A DNA stretch of 27,879 bases from the UHGV virus genome UHGV-2100961; one strand, given 5' to 3'. The translations under genes and the position numbers were made by a program. The DNA is from a virus. The notes beneath the pieces were generated by a model. That model did no database searches, was not told where the DNA came from, and worked only from the letters and a program-made list of their open reading frames with translations. Of the stretch, positions 26,782-27,879 are shown piece by piece; the first letter of the stretch is position 1, and the number at the start of each line of letters is the position of its first letter.

Positions 26782-26820
26782 AGCCTCTGTCACAACGCGT
26801 GGCAGAGGCTTTTTATTTAT
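26782..26820 (+). terminator. Rho-independent terminator
   Basis: AGCCTCTGTC / GGCAGAGGCT 10-bp stem with 9-nt loop, followed by TTTTTATTTAT. Confidence 0.75.
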
Positions 26821-26839
26821 CAGGAGAAAACAGATATGC

Positions 26840-27879
26840 GTAAGCGTGCAGCAAGAACCGTATTGACGGGGATGTGTTATTCAGTCGGCAGTGCTACGCG
26901 CCAGGGGAGCAGTTCGCCGACCCGGTTTATCGGCCAGTCGGCTATGACGTCAAGGACATAGCGGAGGTAGCTTTCTGGCTCCACTCCGTTCAGTTTGCAC
27001 GTCCCGATCAGGCTGTACAGCAGCGCTCCCCGCTCTCCTCCATGATCCGAACCGAAGAACAGGTAGTTTTTGCGGCCCAGACTGACCATCCGCAACGCAT
27101 TTTCAGCGATGTTATTGTCCGCCTCAGCCCAGCCATCATCTGCATAGTACGTCAGCGCCGGCCACTGGTTCAGGGCGTATGCGAACGCTTTCGCCAGTTC
27201 TGAGTGTCGCGACAGGGTTTTCATCTTTTCACGCAGCCAGCTTTCCAGGGATTTCAGCAGCGGTTTCGTTTTCAACTGACGTTCGGCAAGGCGCTGCTCC
27301 GCCGTCATTCCCCTTATCTCTGCCTCGATGGCGTACAGTTCGCCGATCCGTTTCAGCGCTTCCTCCGTCAGGGCTGACGGGGTGCGAACGTGCACATCGT
27401 GGATTTTACGGCGGGCATGAGCCCAACAGGCGGCTTCCGTTATCCGGTCATCCCGGTACAGCTCGTTGAACCCGGCGTATGCATCCGCCTGCAGTACACC
27501 ACTGAACCCCGCAAGATGGGTCTGCGGATGGATGCCTTTTCTGTCCGGGCTGTAAGCGAACCACACCGCCGGCGCCAGCGTTGACCCGGCGTTACGGTCG
27601 TCACGAACGTAGGTCCATAACCGCCCGGTCTTCGTTTTCTTATTGCCTGGCAACAGCACCGGGACAGGCGTGTCATCAGCATGGAGCTTACCGTCAGTCA
27701 GCACATAGTCCTGAAGCGCCTCTTCCAGCGGAGACAGCAGCCGGCAGCATGCATCCACCCAGCCCGACAGCAGTGAACGGCTCAGCTCCACACCTTGCCG
27801 ACCGTATATTTCTGACTGGCGATACAGCGGGGTGTGCTCTGCATACTTCGAGGTCAGCACGCGGGCCAGCAGCCCCGGT
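26840..27879 (-). mobile_element. IS66-family element, terminal ~1 kb (continues beyond the window)
   Basis: Terminus begins GTAAGCGTGCAGCAAG at about 26840, 37 nt from the end of a TnpC-like transposase ORF that runs off the window edge. Confidence 0.7.
26877..27879 (-). CDS. IS66-family transposase (TnpC-like), C-terminal portion; N-terminus outside the window
   Basis: Minus-strand ORF of at least 327 aa ending ..[22 protein letters not shown]..; recognised as the IS66-type transposase C-terminal region; frame still open at the window edge. Confidence 0.75.
   Translation of the reverse strand, partial: PGLLARVLTSKYAEHTPLYRQSEIYGRQGVELSRSLLSGWVDACCRLLSPLEEALQDYVLTDGKLHADDTPVPVLLPGNKKTKTGRLWTYVRDDRNAGSTLAPAVWFAYSPDRKGIHPQTHLAGFSGVLQADAYAGFNELYRDDRITEAACWAHARRKIHDVHVRTPSALTEEALKRIGELYAIEAEIRGMTAEQRLAERQLKTKPLLKSLESWLREKMKTLSRHSELAKAFAYALNQWPALTYYADDGWAEADNNIAENALRMVSLGRKNYLFFGSDHGGERGALLYSLIGTCKLNGVEPESYLRYVLDVIADWPINRVGELLPWRVALPTE

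Overview
Most of this window (about 1 to 22.5 kb, all on the + strand) is the late virion-morphogenesis module of a Mu-like transposable prophage. Gene order is: two small gp25/gp26-like proteins, a small-terminase candidate, large terminase, portal, Mu F-like and G-like proteins, the I protease/scaffold, major head protein, head-tail joining proteins, sheath, tube, tail assembly chaperone, tape measure, N-like protein, P-like hub, baseplate V/W/J/gp48-like proteins, tail fibre and tail-fibre assembly protein. The most interesting part is the tail-fibre locus (20.0 to 22.8 kb): it carries three alternative C-terminal tip cassettes (one expressed, one silent in direct orientation, one silent and inverted), linked by a perfect 80-bp direct repeat and a perfect 50-bp inverted repeat, with no invertase gene in the window. 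An IS21-family element (istA/istB, minus strand, about 22827 to 25200) truncates the inverted cassette and replaces the expected phage right end. Downstream lies a 1.6-kb IS-bracketed segment with a probably 5'-truncated glycine-zipper membrane protein ORF and an orphan signal-peptide protein, then the end of an IS66-family element running off the window. Other points: a moron-like small ORF with its own terminator between tube and chaperone, a 2 x 261-bp tandem duplication inside the tape-measure gene, 168-bp tandem repeats in the fibre shaft, a candidate +1/-2 frameshift in the chaperone, and a nested scaffold start inside the I gene. All product names are from sequence reading and recalled family resemblance; no database search was run.
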